In this document: piece by piece, positions 28,458-40,292 of the stretch
Position numbering within the stretch: position 1 is the stretch's first letter
How the letters are laid out: each line of letters starts with the position of its first letter
Position numbers and translations under genes: made by a program
Notes under the pieces: model-generated
Told to the model about the DNA's origin: nothing
Databases searched by the model: none
Seen by the model: the letters and a program-made list of their open reading frames with translations, nothing else
Assembly: GCA_038143065.1 (NCBI GenBank)
Contig: JAYQLI010000035.1
Coordinates: 2,656,894-2,720,893 of the forward strand
Direction of reading: 5' to 3'
Length of the DNA stretch: 64,000 nucleotides
From: Rhodospirillales bacterium
Lineage (GTDB): Bacteria; Pseudomonadota; Alphaproteobacteria; Bin95

Positions 28458-29471
28458 ATGCAGAATAACTGGCAAGCCTTGATTAAGCCCAGCCAGCTCA
28501 ATGTCGAGCCAAAGGGTGATCCAAGCCGCAGCGCAACCGTAGTAGCTGAACCCCTTGAGCGTGGGTTTGGTGTTACTTTGGGAAATGGCCTGCGTCGTGT
28601 ACTACTTTCCTCTCTTCAGGGAGCTGCCGTCACGTCGGTAAAAATCGATGGAGTTCTGCACGAATTTTCTTCGATCCCTGGTGTGCGAGAAGATGTTGTA
28701 GATATCGTATTAAATATAAAGTCCATGGGCTTGCGCATGGATTCCGAAGGCCCAAAGCGTATCACACTTGAGGCCAAAGGTCCGGGTGTGGCTACTGCAG
28801 GCCAGATAGAAACAGGTCCAGATATTGAAGTTATGGACCCAGACTTGGTCATATGTACCCTTGACGATGGCGCTTCCATCCATATGGAAATGACTGTTGA
28901 AACGGGCAGGGGATATGTGCCGGCTGCGCAAAATAGAGGCGAAGATGCGCCAATTGGTGTTATTCCAGTCGATGCAATCTTTAGTCCAGTCCGTCAAGTG
29001 TCCTACCGTATAGAAAATACCCGTGTTGGACAGGTGACCGACTACGACAAACTCGCTTTGCATGTTGAAACGAATGGGTCCGTAACGCCAGAGGATGCAG
29101 TAGCATTCGCTGCACGCATATTACAGGACCAGTTGCAGCTATTCATCAATTTTGAAGAACCAAAGCCAGCTGTCGAAGAAGATGCGGTACCTGAGCTGCC
29201 GTTCAATAAGAACCTTCTGCGCCGTGTAGAAGAACTTGAGCTCAGTGTAAGGTCTGCTAATTGCCTTAAGAATGATAACATCATTTATATTGGCGACCTC
29301 GTTCAAAAGTCCGAGGGTGAGATGTTGAGGACGCCGAATTTTGGCCGTAAATCCCTCAACGAGATCAAGCATGTTCTAGAGCAGATGGATCTTCATTTGG
29401 GGCTTGATATTCCTAACTGGCCCCCAGAAAACATCGACGATCTTGCACGACGTCTTGAAGAGCCGTTCTAA
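28458..29471 (+). CDS. rpoA: RNA polymerase alpha subunit
   Basis: [33 protein letters not shown]. Confidence 0.99.
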   Translation: MQNNWQALIKPSQLNVEPKGDPSRSATVVAEPLERGFGVTLGNGLRRVLLSSLQGAAVTSVKIDGVLHEFSSIPGVREDVVDIVLNIKSMGLRMDSEGPKRITLEAKGPGVATAGQIETGPDIEVMDPDLVICTLDDGASIHMEMTVETGRGYVPAAQNRGEDAPIGVIPVDAIFSPVRQVSYRIENTRVGQVTDYDKLALHVETNGSVTPEDAVAFAARILQDQLQLFINFEEPKPAVEEDAVPELPFNKNLLRRVEELELSVRSANCLKNDNIIYIGDLVQKSEGEMLRTPNFGRKSLNEIKHVLEQMDLHLGLDIPNWPPENIDDLARRLEEPF

Positions 29472-29503
29472 GCTGCCGGTCAGAAGGCAAAAAGGAAAGT
29501 TAA

Positions 29504-29926
29504 ATGCGTCATCGTAAGGGGCCAGCAAAGTTAGGCCGAACCTCAACCCACCGTCAGGCAATGCTCGCAAACATGGCTGCAGCCCTTGTTAAGCATGAGC
29601 AAATCGTGACAACTCTTCCAAAGGCAAAGGCATTGCGCCCAGTCGTGGAGAAGCTGATTACACTGGCCAAAAAAGGTGACCTCTCCTCTCGTCGCCTTGC
29701 TATTGCCCGCCTTCGCGACGAAGCAATGGTTCGTAAGCTCTTCTCTACCCTTGCCGAGCGTTACAACGAACGCCCCGGCGGGTACACAAGAGTGTTGAAG
29801 GCAGGTTTCCGATATGGCGATGATGCCCCGATGGCAGTTATCGAGCTGGTAGACAGGGATCCTGAAGCCAAAGGTCTTGATTCTGGGCCAACCGGTGACG
29901 AAGTTGAAGAAGAAGCAGCAGCCTAA
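29504..29926 (+). CDS. rplQ: 50S ribosomal protein L17
   Basis: [22 protein letters not shown]. Confidence 0.99.
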   Translation: MRHRKGPAKLGRTSTHRQAMLANMAAALVKHEQIVTTLPKAKALRPVVEKLITLAKKGDLSSRRLAIARLRDEAMVRKLFSTLAERYNERPGGYTRVLKAGFRYGDDAPMAVIELVDRDPEAKGLDSGPTGDEVEEEAAA

Positions 29927-29953
29927 TTGACTTCACAACAGTTGTGATTGAGG

Positions 29954-29988
29954 AGGCCATCAGGCATTCGCCTGGTGGCCTTTTTTTT
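29954..29988 (+). terminator. Intrinsic terminator ending the ribosomal supercluster
   Basis: AGGCCATCAGGC-attc-GCCTGGTGGCCT stem running into a T8 tract. Confidence 0.9.
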
Positions 29989-30085
29989 GGCTTATTTTAG
30001 TTCAATCGGTTTATGAAAAGACTAGGCCAACCTGTCGACATACTTCATCGAGAATTTCGGATCGCTTATCTCCGGGTTGGTTTGA

Positions 30086-30924
30086 TTATTCGGAGACCAA
30101 CATTTCTTTGATAGGCCCGCCTTCTCTATTTTGGTTTAATTTTTCCCAAAGCCATCCGATCATTGGCTCCGCGTTTTCAATCAACTGATATGGTGGATTG
30201 ATGATAACTAGATCACTTCCTGAGCTCTTTTTGGCTTATAGCTCTCGTGTAGTTTAAGTCCGAGTTTAATGGTCTCGGGCGGCGAAAGTGCAATAAAGCC
30301 TGCATCAAAGGTATCCATAGCATCGTCATCCAGGATAGGGCGCCAAACAGCTATAGTTCCTGTTCTAAATCTTCGTAGAGCATTTTTGACTGCCTGTAAG
30401 ATTCTTTGAAATTCATCAGGCTGATCAAAACTTGCGTCGATAAAAATTAGGCCTCGTTTTTCAATAGGAGGCAACTTTGCTTTCACAGCGTCAAAGCCAT
30501 TTCCTGCAATTATCTCTGTTTTACGGGCCATAGATAAATTGGCCTTAAGTTGACTTTGATCCTGTTTATTTAATTCAGCCACTGCTAGACGATCTTGTGG
30601 TCTCAATAACTTTCTAATTATGAGTGGTGATCCAGGGTACCATCTAAGGTCGCGTTGATTAAAAGAACTAACGGTATCTAAATAGTGAGAAAGGCTTTCG
30701 GGTATATCGGGTTCTCCCCAGATACGACCAATGCCTGCACTCCACTCTTTTGTTTTGTTGGCCCGAGCATCGTTTAAGTCATAGAGGCCCGCACCTCCGT
30801 GTGTATCTAATACAAACAATGGTTTATCTTTGCGCGTCAGCGCTAAGATCAGCAATGTAAGAATCGAATGCTTCAATACATCTGCGGGTCCACCGGCGTG
30901 GAACTGATGCCTGTATGACAGCAT
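30086..30924 (-). CDS. rlmJ: 23S rRNA m6A2030 methyltransferase RlmJ (frameshift near 30222-30232)
   Basis: MLSYRHQFHAG..DVLKH, DTHGGAGLY, YPGSP; C-terminal GSDLVIINPPY continues in another frame to 30086. Confidence 0.88.
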
Positions 30925-30942
30925 AATCGTCTCAAAAACTAA

Positions 30943-31980
30943 CTATAAGTTATTCACTAATATTGGTTTTAAGGCATTGCCCTGATTGATTGCTTCGAAG
31001 CCATTAACAGCTTTAGACATTGGTAGTACAGGATGTGCTAAAGCTGTTAGGTCTACCTTTCGTTCCTCCAAAAGACTAACACCTAAGTCCCAGTCTTGCC
31101 AAAGTCTGCGGCCATGGACTCCATATATCGAAGTTCCTGTACGCAATAGTGTATTTATATCAAGTTTATGGGCCTCTGCTGGGCCCGCGACGAGCCGAAG
31201 GTCAGCCATTCGCTCTAACGAAGCAATAACGGCGTCAAGGCCCTCTGCAACTCCTGAGTATTCAATGCCGACCTCAACACCGTAGCCTTCTGTCATTGCT
31301 TTTGCGGCACTGGCTACATCATTGGCTGATGGATCAACAATTTCATCGGCGCCAAAATCCTTTGCTAACGCTAATCGCAGTGGGTTTGGGTCAGCTGCCA
31401 GAATCTTTCGAGCACCCAGCACCTTTGCTACAGCAACAGTCATAAGGCCGATTGGTCCACAACCATTAACGAGAACAGTTTTGCCTGCAGTACCGCGCTG
31501 ACTCATGCATGCATGAACGGCAATACCAAAAGGCTCAATCATTGCAGCTGTATTGTCATCAAGCGTTTTTGGAATCTTACGAACAATTTGAGATGGTACA
31601 GCAACAGTCTCAGCAAACCCTCCATCTATAGATATTCCAGGGTAACCTAAATGCTCGCAGAGGTGCGCATCTCCACGTCTGCAGTAGTGGCAGTATCCGC
31701 AAAAAATGTGGGATTCCAGACTAACACGGTCGCCGACTTCAAGTCCTGCTACAGCTTTTCCAATTTTTTTGATTGTACCTGTTGCCTCGTGCCCTAAAAT
31801 CCTCGGAATTTCAATGCGAGATTGCATCCTTGGTGCCCAATTAAAGATTGCCATATCAGTCCCACAAATGCCTGCCGCTGCAATCTCAATTAGCACCTCG
31901 TCTTGGTTGGGCTCAGGGGTTGGGGCATCTATTACGCCAACACATGCCTTCGCTTGTTTTAGTTTTGCTACTGCAAGCAT
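30943..31980 (-). CDS. Zn-dependent medium-chain dehydrogenase, L-threonine 3-dehydrogenase-like
   Basis: GICGTD, GHE, ESHIFCGYCHYC..HLC structural Zn site, GCGPIG. Confidence 0.8.
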   Translation of the reverse strand: MLAVAKLKQAKACVGVIDAPTPEPNQDEVLIEIAAAGICGTDMAIFNWAPRMQSRIEIPRILGHEATGTIKKIGKAVAGLEVGDRVSLESHIFCGYCHYCRRGDAHLCEHLGYPGISIDGGFAETVAVPSQIVRKIPKTLDDNTAAMIEPFGIAVHACMSQRGTAGKTVLVNGCGPIGLMTVAVAKVLGARKILAADPNPLRLALAKDFGADEIVDPSANDVASAAKAMTEGYGVEVGIEYSGVAEGLDAVIASLERMADLRLVAGPAEAHKLDINTLLRTGTSIYGVHGRRLWQDWDLGVSLLEERKVDLTALAHPVLPMSKAVNGFEAINQGNALKPILVNNL

Positions 31981-32047
31981 AGACTTTTATTCCGAGAAAA
32001 ACTCATCCACTTTTCCGCTATATATAAAACCCTAGTTTCAATGGGTA

Positions 32048-32836
32048 TCAACCAAGACCGTAGGGGGCTCCCCAACGACGAATGCCATCCAGAGTATCTC
32101 CTTCAGGTCTATACTCACATCCTATCCAGCCGTCGTAACCAAGCTTATCGAGCAAGGCAAAGACATAGGGATAATTTATCTCACCTATATCTGGCTCGTG
32201 CCTCTCAGGAACACCAGCAATCTGTATATGACCAACATTGGGACCAATATACTGTTGTGCTCGCATGGCAAGGTCGCCTTCCATGATTTGCACATGATAA
32301 AAATCCATCTGAACCTTAACGTTTGCCCTTTTTACGTTGCTAAGAATATCGTGAGCACCTTGTTGGTAATTTATAAAATATCCAGGCACGTCACGAGTAT
32401 TTATGGGTTCTATAAGTGCCATTCGACCAGAAGAAGCAAGTTTATCTCCAGCTTTTGTTAAGTTTGAGATGTACGTAGCTCTTGCTTCTGCCAGATCCAT
32501 ATTCTCTGTGACAAGGCCAGCCATACAGTGAAGTCTGGTGCAACCTAAAGCCTCGGCATAAAACATGGCTTTATTCAGCGCTTCATCAAAGTCGTTTTGT
32601 CTGCCCGGCATTGCTGCAAAGCCTCGCTCACCCTTTGTCCAGTCTCCCGGTGGAAGATTAAATAAGGCAACTTCCACGCCAGCATCCCTTGCAGCTTTTG
32701 CTACTTCTTCTGCCGGATGATCGTAGGGGAAAAGGAATTCAACCCCTTTGAAACCAGCACTCGCAGCAGCGGAAAAACGGTCAAGAAAGGGCAAGTCTTG
32801 AAACATCATTGACAAATTTGCAGCAAATTTTGGCAT
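32048..32836 (-). CDS. hyi: Hydroxypyruvate isomerase / 2-oxo-tetronate isomerase (Hyi/OtnI family)
   Basis: MPKFAANLSMMF, IEPIN, DFYHVQIMEG, HIQIA..RHEP, GCEY. Confidence 0.85.
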   Translation of the reverse strand: MPKFAANLSMMFQDLPFLDRFSAAASAGFKGVEFLFPYDHPAEEVAKAARDAGVEVALFNLPPGDWTKGERGFAAMPGRQNDFDEALNKAMFYAEALGCTRLHCMAGLVTENMDLAEARATYISNLTKAGDKLASSGRMALIEPINTRDVPGYFINYQQGAHDILSNVKRANVKVQMDFYHVQIMEGDLAMRAQQYIGPNVGHIQIAGVPERHEPDIGEINYPYVFALLDKLGYDGWIGCEYRPEGDTLDGIRRWGAPYGLG

Positions 32837-33050
32837 AGAAATAATGGTCCTGAAGTGGTCACTGATATTCTTATAGCGCAGTCACGCGCTACTCATCACA
32901 GATTTTTATGTAGATATTTTAAACTCGTGAAAACTCGTTGGTCTTTCCAAATTCTAGGCCCAAAAATTAATTTGAGGGGATTGCTATCTAGAAATTTGTT
33001 TTTCAATATCGGTTTTGCTGGTTTTCAGTTTTTAATGTTAAGAGGGCCTA

Positions 33051-35139
33051 ATGCTTAAAGTAGATGCTGCAACTGTCGAAATTCGCAACAGCGCTTGCCC
33101 TCACGACTGCCCTTCAACCTGTGCGCTTGAGGTCGAGCGTCTAAATAACCAAACCATTGGCCGAATACGAGGATCCAAAGCAAATACTTATACGGACGGA
33201 GTGATTTGCGCCAAAGTTGCCAGGTATGCCGAAAGAGCCCACCATCCAGATCGCTTGCTTCGGCCGTTAGTTAGAACTGGGCCAAAAGGTTCAAAACAGT
33301 TTCGAGAAATTAACTGGGAAGAGGCGTTAGACCGAGTCACGGAGCGATTTTTAGACATTGAGCGTGAATCCGGGGCCGAAGCGATTTGGCCTTATTATTA
33401 TGCGGGCACTATGGGGCTTGTAATGCGCGATGGCATAAATCGTCTTCGCCATGCCAAGAAATATTCTGGACAATATTCCACAGTTTGCACAACTCTTGCT
33501 TTTACCGGTTTTATAGCTGGCACAGGCGCACTTCGTGGGGTGGATCCGCGAGAAATGGCCGATAGCGATCTAGTTGTGATCTGGGGAACAAACCCTGTTA
33601 ATACACAGGTTAATGTGATGACCCATGCTGTTAAGGCCAGAAAGAGAGGTGGTCGCATAGCTGTTGTAGATGTTTATGAAAACAGTACAGCACAACAGGC
33701 GGATATTTTTGTTCGGGTAAACCCTGGAACAGACGCTGCACTCGCTTGTGCTGTGATGCATATTTTATTTCGGGACGGTTATGCCGATTGGGATTACTTA
33801 GAAAAATACACAGATGCTCCGAAGGAATTAGAGGCACATTTAAAGACTCGGGGTCCCGAGTGGGCAAGTCGTATCACGGGCGCTTCAATTGAGAAGATTG
33901 AGGAATTTGCCAAGGCGATAGCAGATACACAAAAGACTTTCTTTCGCTTGGGCTATGGGTTCACGCGTCAAAGAAATGGCGCTGTTGCTATGCATGCGGC
34001 CAGTTGCATAGCGGCGGTTACCGGCGCTTGGAAGTATAAGGGAGGTGGAGCGTTCCATAACAACGGTGCGATTTTTGGCTGGGATAAAACGTTGATCGAA
34101 GGCTTGGATCTGCGTGATCCTAGTGTTCGTGTTTTAGATCAAGCCCGTATAGGCCATGTTCTCACTGGTGACGCGGATGCTTTGAAAGGCGGAGTGCCTG
34201 TTCAAGGCCTTTTTATCCAAAACACCAATCCTATGATGATAGCCCCGGAGCATTTGACAGTTAAGCAAGGCTTCGCTCGAGATGATTTATTCACTGTCGT
34301 TCACGAGCAATTTCTTACCGAAACGGCAGCTATGGCAGATGTTGTTCTGCCCGCAACTATGTTTACAGAGCATGATGATTTTTATCAGGGTGGTGGACAT
34401 CAACACATTTTGCACGGTTTACAAATTGTTGCCCCCTGGCGAATGTCGCTCCAATCATCAAGTTATTTGCGAATTAGCAAAGCGATTAGGGGCGGAGCAC
34501 CCTGGTTTTGAGATGACGCCAAAGCAAATAATTGAAGCAACGCTTCAAGCTTCTGGCAGGAATGGACTTGATGAATTAGCTCGAGAGAATTGGTTTGACG
34601 TACAGCCGGCGTTCCATCAAGCGCATTATATTGATGGATTTGCTCATCCGGATGGGAAATTTCACTTCCAAGCGAATTGGAGTGAGCCATCTCCAAAAGG
34701 CTTTGGGCATCATGCTCCTGAAAACATGCCAAAATTCCCCGACCATTGGGACGTTATAGACAAAGCGACTTCCGATAAACCGTTTCGAATGGCAACTAGT
34801 CCAGCACGAGGGTTCCTAAACTCAAGTTTCACTGAAACTCAGAGTTCTAGAAAAAGAGAAGGCAGACCTTCGGTAATGATGAGTTCAGCAGATGCAGCCA
34901 AGCTAGATTTGGTTGATGGTCAGCGAGTTTGTATTGGTAATGATCGTGCAGACACTATTCTGCATTTAAAAGTTACTGACGTTGCGAACCCGGGCGTGGT
35001 GATTGTGGAATCAATCTGGCCAAATTCAGATTTTGAAACAGGTATTGGAATTAATGCACTAACCTCTGCTGAGCCAGGTAGTCCTGTTGGCGGAGCGGTA
35101 TATCACGACACTGCAGTTTGGGTGCGCCCAGCGGATTAA
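33051..35139 (+). CDS. Molybdopterin oxidoreductase, DMSO reductase superfamily (frameshift near 34431-34436)
   Basis: CPHDCPSTC..ICAK [4Fe-4S] motif, YYAGTMG, WGTNP, ADVVLPAT; C-terminal cofactor-binding domain in ORF 34282-35139. Confidence 0.85.
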
Positions 35140-35203
35140 AGTAGGCTTAAATTCTTAGTACAAAATCCAAAGACTTTTATTGCGATGGTTTTAGTTTTCA
35201 GGA

Positions 35204-36909
35204 TTACGTGCCTGCTCTTAGCAGTCTGCCAGGTAGAGCGTCTGTGGGCTGCCCCTCGCGCCAAACTGGCTGACCTTTTAGTATTGTAGCCTTAAATCCG
35301 TTGGAATGCTGCATAATGCGCTTGCCACCGGCGGGTAGATCATAAACCACTTCTGGACGCCTTAGATTCAGAGAATCATAGTCAATTATATTTATATCTG
35401 CCTGCATTCCCGTTTGGATAAGGCCGCGATCTTGGAGGCCTATTGCTGCAGCGTTCGCAAAAGTCAGACGCCGTACCATTGCTTCTATTGGTTGCTTTGG
35501 CCCTCGCTGCCTATCGCGTGTCCAGTGGGTAAGGGTGTGCGCCATATCAGTTGCATCGCACATTATGCCAACATGAGCTCCACCATCCCCTAGGCCAATC
35601 AAGGTGTTTGGATGACCTAACATTTCAAATACAGCCGACATGCTTCCGTCGCTATAATTAGTCATTGGATGGTACAGGATGCCCCTGCCTTCATTTTGCA
35701 ACATGATGTCATAGGCAATGGAAGCGGGATCTTTTTCCACTCGGCGCGCTATAGCTCCTACGCTGGTGTTTGGCTCAGGCTCGTAGTCTGGTTTGTCCCC
35801 TAATTCGAAAAGCCAGTCCCAATCACGCAGACGCTTCTGCTGTTCGGGGAGCCCCTGGTTCCGCAAGGATACGCGCACGAAAGCTAGGGTCGCGGAGTAT
35901 TTTAAGCCGATTTTCTAAGTTGAGAGGGCTAATTCTTGCCAGCTTGGACATCCGAGGAATGGATTTTCTGATAGTTCAAACCCCATCAAAGTGCTAGTTG
36001 GTCGCCCTCGCACCTGGCCGGTAATTTTCAAACCATCTGCATTAGCGTTCTCAATTCTGGTTAGAAGATCGCGCCATTGATTAGGAAAAGAGTTCTTTTG
36101 TAACAGGGTCAAAGTTACTGGAAGGCCTGAGCGTCGTGCAAGACGGGTGAGAAGGCCAAATTCTTCGTCGATCTGAGTACCGTAATCGCCAACCCATTGA
36201 AGCCATCCATGACCAACTTGCCGCGCAGCGTCAATAATTGCTGTGAGTTCCGCTTCAGCTGCTCCATACGATGGAATAGGTTCACCCTCAGCTGTTCGGT
36301 GTTGTAGGAGTCTGGAGGTGGAAAAACCAAAAGCCCCGGAGCTCAGTGCGTCTGCGGTAAGCTTTGCCATAGCTTCACAATCATCGGGCGTAGCATCTTC
36401 TCTACGAGCTCCTCGCTCTCCCATGACAAAAACGCTTAAAGCTGCGTGTGGAACTTGGGTGCCAATGTCAACATCGTAACAACGGTGTGAGAGCGCATCG
36501 AGATAATCCGGAAAGCTCGCCCAATTCCACGGTAGGCCTTCCCTCATGACTACCTCTGGGATGTCCTCTACTCCCTCCATAAGGGAAATGAGCATGTCAT
36601 GATGTTCTGGCCGCACTGGAGCGAAGCCAACCCCACAGTTGCCCATCAAAACAGTTGTGACACCATTGCAAGAAGAGGGGTTAATCGGTTCGCCCAGGTT
36701 GCCTGAGCATCATAATGGGTGTGAATATCAACAAAACCTGGAGTAACCAGAAGTCCGCGAGCGTCGATTTCTTCAAGGCCCGAGTCTATTACTTTTCCAA
36801 TGTTCAGGATTTTTCCATCAGCGATCGCAATATCACTTTCGTGCATAGGCGCGCCTGTTCCATCAGCAATGGTGCCACGACGCACTACAAGATCAGGTCT
36901 ACCGCTCAT
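35204..36909 (-). CDS. N-acyl-D-amino-acid deacylase-family amidohydrolase (about three frameshifts: ~36678, ~35927, ~35853)
   Basis: PGFVDIHTHYD, GVTTVLMGNCG, GDGGAH, ADINIID; pieces reconstruct one collinear protein. Confidence 0.8.
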
Positions 36910-36920
36910 GGGATTGATCC

Positions 36921-37685
36921 TTATTTCTGGGGAATGAAAGCAGCACGCGTGCCACCATCTACTGGAATAATGGTGCCCGTGACGTAAGCTGCATCTTCAC
37001 TTAAGAGGAATCGCATAACGCGAACTATGTCCCGGGGTTCCGCTATACGCCCAAGTGGAGATGATCCAGATGGCCTCCAATTTCCTTGTTTGGTTGGGTC
37101 GCTTTGACCTGAAATCATCGGTGTATCTACAGTTCCGGGGGCGAGGGCATTGACCAAGATACCATCAGCGGCACATTCGGCAGCCAATATTTGTGTTAAC
37201 TGGCTGACAGCGGCTTTTGATGCCGAGTAGGCACCACTTTCAATCTTGGGTCGAATCGCGGAAATAGAACTCATCAAAATTATCCGACTAAGTTCGCCTG
37301 AACTCGCAGCTGCTTTCAACATTGGAATTGCTTCACGGCATGTTAACCATAAACCCCGGACATTTACGTTCATCACAAGGTCAAAATCTTCTACTGCCAT
37401 GTTGGCAAGTCGGCCTAGTTTAAGAACACCCGCTGAGCAAATTAAGCAATTTACTGCGCTAACAGTGCTCTGAATTGCTTCCATAGTTTTCTTTACCGCA
37501 TCGGCATTACCAAGATCGCAGGCTAAAGGAAAAAAATGTGGAGAGGCAAGTTTTTCAGTGGCGACTGTAAGTTCCTTTTGCGAGACGTCTAATCCATAAA
37601 TTGTCCAACCTTTTTCAATTAAGTCTCTAGCGGCTTCTAGTCCTATTCCTGACGCAACTCCAGTAATTATTGCTGTCTGAGACAT
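36921..37685 (-). CDS. Short-chain dehydrogenase/reductase
   Basis: TGVASGIG, YSASK catalytic motif, NALAPG, VDGG. Confidence 0.9.
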   Translation of the reverse strand: MSQTAIITGVASGIGLEAARDLIEKGWTIYGLDVSQKELTVATEKLASPHFFPLACDLGNADAVKKTMEAIQSTVSAVNCLICSAGVLKLGRLANMAVEDFDLVMNVNVRGLWLTCREAIPMLKAAASSGELSRIILMSSISAIRPKIESGAYSASKAAVSQLTQILAAECAADGILVNALAPGTVDTPMISGQSDPTKQGNWRPSGSSPLGRIAEPRDIVRVMRFLLSEDAAYVTGTIIPVDGGTRAAFIPQK

Positions 37686-37840
37686 CGACTCGATCTCCAC
37701 GGTAAATGCAGAGTTCTAGCAAAGCGTCACAGTTATAAAGTATCAAGGCCAAATAGTTTTGGAGCAATATTGGGAATGCTAGTTACGCAAAGCCAATAAA
37801 GTTAATTTAATGCAAAAATAGCATCATCCTGAAGGAAATC

Positions 37841-37916
<76 letters not shown>

Positions 37917-38050
37917 AAGCTGACTCAGCATTACAATCTGTGTCAGCAGCTCGGAGCAGATACAGGTTAGGCCCTCGAGAAGTCAAGTAAGTCGTTGCTA
38001 TTGTCACAGAAAGACTGGACAAAAACCTATGTTAGGACGATATTCTGTCT

Positions 38051-38149
38051 TGGATGATTGGCCGTGGGCGGACCCCTCGCCAACCCGGTCAGGTCCGGAA
38101 GGAAGCAGCCGTAACGAGTTTTTGGTTCGGGTCGCGTGCCAGTCGTCCA
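38051..38149 (+). ncRNA. ffs: Signal recognition particle 4.5S RNA
   Basis: Conserved GGTCAGGTCCGGAAGGAAGCAGCC domain IV; ends TGGATGATTGGC and GCCAGTCGTCCA pair; directly upstream of dnaX. Confidence 0.95.
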
Positions 38150-38179
38150 CTCACTTTTTTCTGACCCTTTGGTTGGTTT

Positions 38180-39964
38180 ATGTCAGATACAGTTCCTTAC
38201 CGCGTTCTCGCTAGAAAATATCGGCCAAGAGATTTTGACGATCTGATTGGTCAAGAGGCTATGGTTCGTACCCTTGGGAACGCATTTCAGCGAAATCGTA
38301 TCGCTCAAGCTTATCTTTTGACTGGTGTGCGTGGAATTGGAAAGACAACAACAGCACGCATAATTGCTAGTGCATTAAACTGTATTGGACATGACGGCGA
38401 AGGTGGGCCAACGATAAAGCCTTGTGGTGAGTGTGTTCATTGCAAAGACATTATGGAGGACCGTGATGTCGATGTAGTTGAACTGGATGCTGCGTCGAAT
38501 AATAGTGTTGATAATGCGCGGGAAATTTCAGAAGCGTCGCGATACCGACCGGCATCAGCTAGATACAAGGTCTACATCCTCGATGAAGCACATATGCTCA
38601 CTAATCAGGCATTCAACGCGCTTTTAAAGACCCTCGAAGAACCGCCCCCCCATGTTAAGTTTATATTTGCAACGACAGAAGTACGTAGACTGCCAGTAAC
38701 AGTTCTGTCGCGCTGTCAGCGCTTTGACCTTCGTCGAGTGTCACCAGATCAACTTACAGCCCATTTCTCAAAAATTGCGGAGGCCGAAGGTGCTGAGTTT
38801 GAGGAAGAAGCAGTTCGGATGATTGCCAGAGCCGCAGATGGGTCAGTGCGCGATGGCCTATCATTATTGGATCAGGCGATAGCCTTAGGTGACCCAGGTC
38901 AGCCAATAAATTCTGACTTGGTCCGAGAGATGTTGGGGCTAGCTGATCGGCTGGCTGTTTATGATCTTCTAGATAGTACAATGAAGGGTGACGCATCCTC
39001 CGTGCTATCCCAATTTGGCGAAATGGTCTCAATCGGTGCTGAACCTGCTGCTGTGCTTCATGATCTTATGGAAGCAATATACTGGACAACACGGCTTAGC
39101 GTTGACCCTAAGGGAGTTGATTTTGCGGGCTCCTCGGAAGCAGAACAGGCGCGGGCCTCAAAGTTGGCTGGTCAATTAACTGTCCCGATCTTAACGCGAG
39201 CATGGCAGCTTGTATCAAAAGGGTACGGCGAAACTATGACCGCCGCATCACCCAGACTTGCTGGGGAGATGGCGTTAATTCGTTTATGTTACGCTTCAAA
39301 TCTACCAACTCCCGATGATTTAATCCGTCGGATTGAGAATTCCTCTGAAACAAACGTTGCAACATCGTTTTCTCCATCGTCTAAGCGTGGCGGAGGGCCT
39401 AATATATCTGGTGGTCCGCAAGCTGCAGCGCTACTCGCTGAGGCCCCGAACGTGGAACCCATAAGTTCCCCAGCTCCAGTACAAATGCCCACCGAACAAC
39501 CTGTTGATGCTCACTTTCCTGATTTTGAGAGTTTGGTCGCATGGTTAACAAATAAAGGTGCGCCAAGAGCATTGACGCTATTGAGGCGATTACGCCTCGT
39601 TGCTTTTGAGCCTATGCGCATTGTGTATGAAACCCATGAGGGCTTGCCGGATGATTTTCGCAAAAAGTTACGTGAAGAGCTGGTTCGTACAACCGGCCAG
39701 CTTTGGGTAGTTGAGGAAGCAAAAAGCGGTGGACAGTTAAGTACGGCTGATCTTGAAAAGGCGGCCGATGATAAAATTCGCTCACACCCTTTAGTTCAGG
39801 CTGCTTTAGCGACGTTCCCTGGTTCCGAACTCAAACTTGGTAGGCCAGCTACTTCGGAAGCTGATACAAATCTGTTTGTGCCCTCGACACGCGACGATGA
39901 AGACCCAGATGTTGTGTATGAAGACGATTTTACCCTTGGAGAAGAGTGGGAGCCCGAGAATTGA
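38180..39964 (+). CDS. dnaX: DNA polymerase III subunit gamma/tau
   Basis: LARKYRP, GVRGIGKTT, DEAHML, LKTLEEPP, SRCQRF. Confidence 0.97.
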   Translation: MSDTVPYRVLARKYRPRDFDDLIGQEAMVRTLGNAFQRNRIAQAYLLTGVRGIGKTTTARIIASALNCIGHDGEGGPTIKPCGECVHCKDIMEDRDVDVVELDAASNNSVDNAREISEASRYRPASARYKVYILDEAHMLTNQAFNALLKTLEEPPPHVKFIFATTEVRRLPVTVLSRCQRFDLRRVSPDQLTAHFSKIAEAEGAEFEEEAVRMIARAADGSVRDGLSLLDQAIALGDPGQPINSDLVREMLGLADRLAVYDLLDSTMKGDASSVLSQFGEMVSIGAEPAAVLHDLMEAIYWTTRLSVDPKGVDFAGSSEAEQARASKLAGQLTVPILTRAWQLVSKGYGETMTAASPRLAGEMALIRLCYASNLPTPDDLIRRIENSSETNVATSFSPSSKRGGGPNISGGPQAAALLAEAPNVEPISSPAPVQMPTEQPVDAHFPDFESLVAWLTNKGAPRALTLLRRLRLVAFEPMRIVYETHEGLPDDFRKKLREELVRTTGQLWVVEEAKSGGQLSTADLEKAADDKIRSHPLVQAALATFPGSELKLGRPATSEADTNLFVPSTRDDEDPDVVYEDDFTLGEEWEPEN

Positions 39965-40281
39965 AGCTCGCAAATATAATGAAGCAAGCCCAGCAAATGC
40001 AGGCGAAGATGTCCGAAATGCAAGAGAGTCTTGCAAATTATGAGGTCTCTGGTGAATCTGGGGCAGGCCTTGTTCAGGCTATGGTTTCTGGAAAAGGTGA
40101 GTTGAAATCAATTAAGATTTCACCTGAAGCTATGGACCCTAGTGATCCCACATTGCTTGAGGATCTGGTTGTAGCTGCTGTTGCCGATGCTCGGAGTAAA
40201 GCTGAGGTATATATGCAGGAAAAAATGCAGGAGATGACTGGAGGTATGGGTTTACCCGAAGGTTTCAAGCTTCCTTTTTGA
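39961..40281 (+). CDS. ybaB: YbaB/EbfC nucleoid-associated protein
   Basis: MKQAQQMQ, GESGAGLV, LEDLVVAA; dnaX-ybaB-recR synteny; start uncertain (TTG overlapping dnaX stop). Confidence 0.92.
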   Translation: MKLANIMKQAQQMQAKMSEMQESLANYEVSGESGAGLVQAMVSGKGELKSIKISPEAMDPSDPTLLEDLVVAAVADARSKAEVYMQEKMQEMTGGMGLPEGFKLPF

Positions 40282-40292
40282 GAGATTAGGTA

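Noticed and set aside
26868-29926. Missing rpsD, infA, rpmJ and map; short Adk; Zn-free S14
   Set aside because: All are ordinary for Alphaproteobacteria
39655-39730. Programmed -1 frameshift in dnaX producing gamma
   Set aside because: Only C-AAA-AAG and GCA-AAA-AGC are present; no full A-AAA-AAG heptamer with a downstream hairpin
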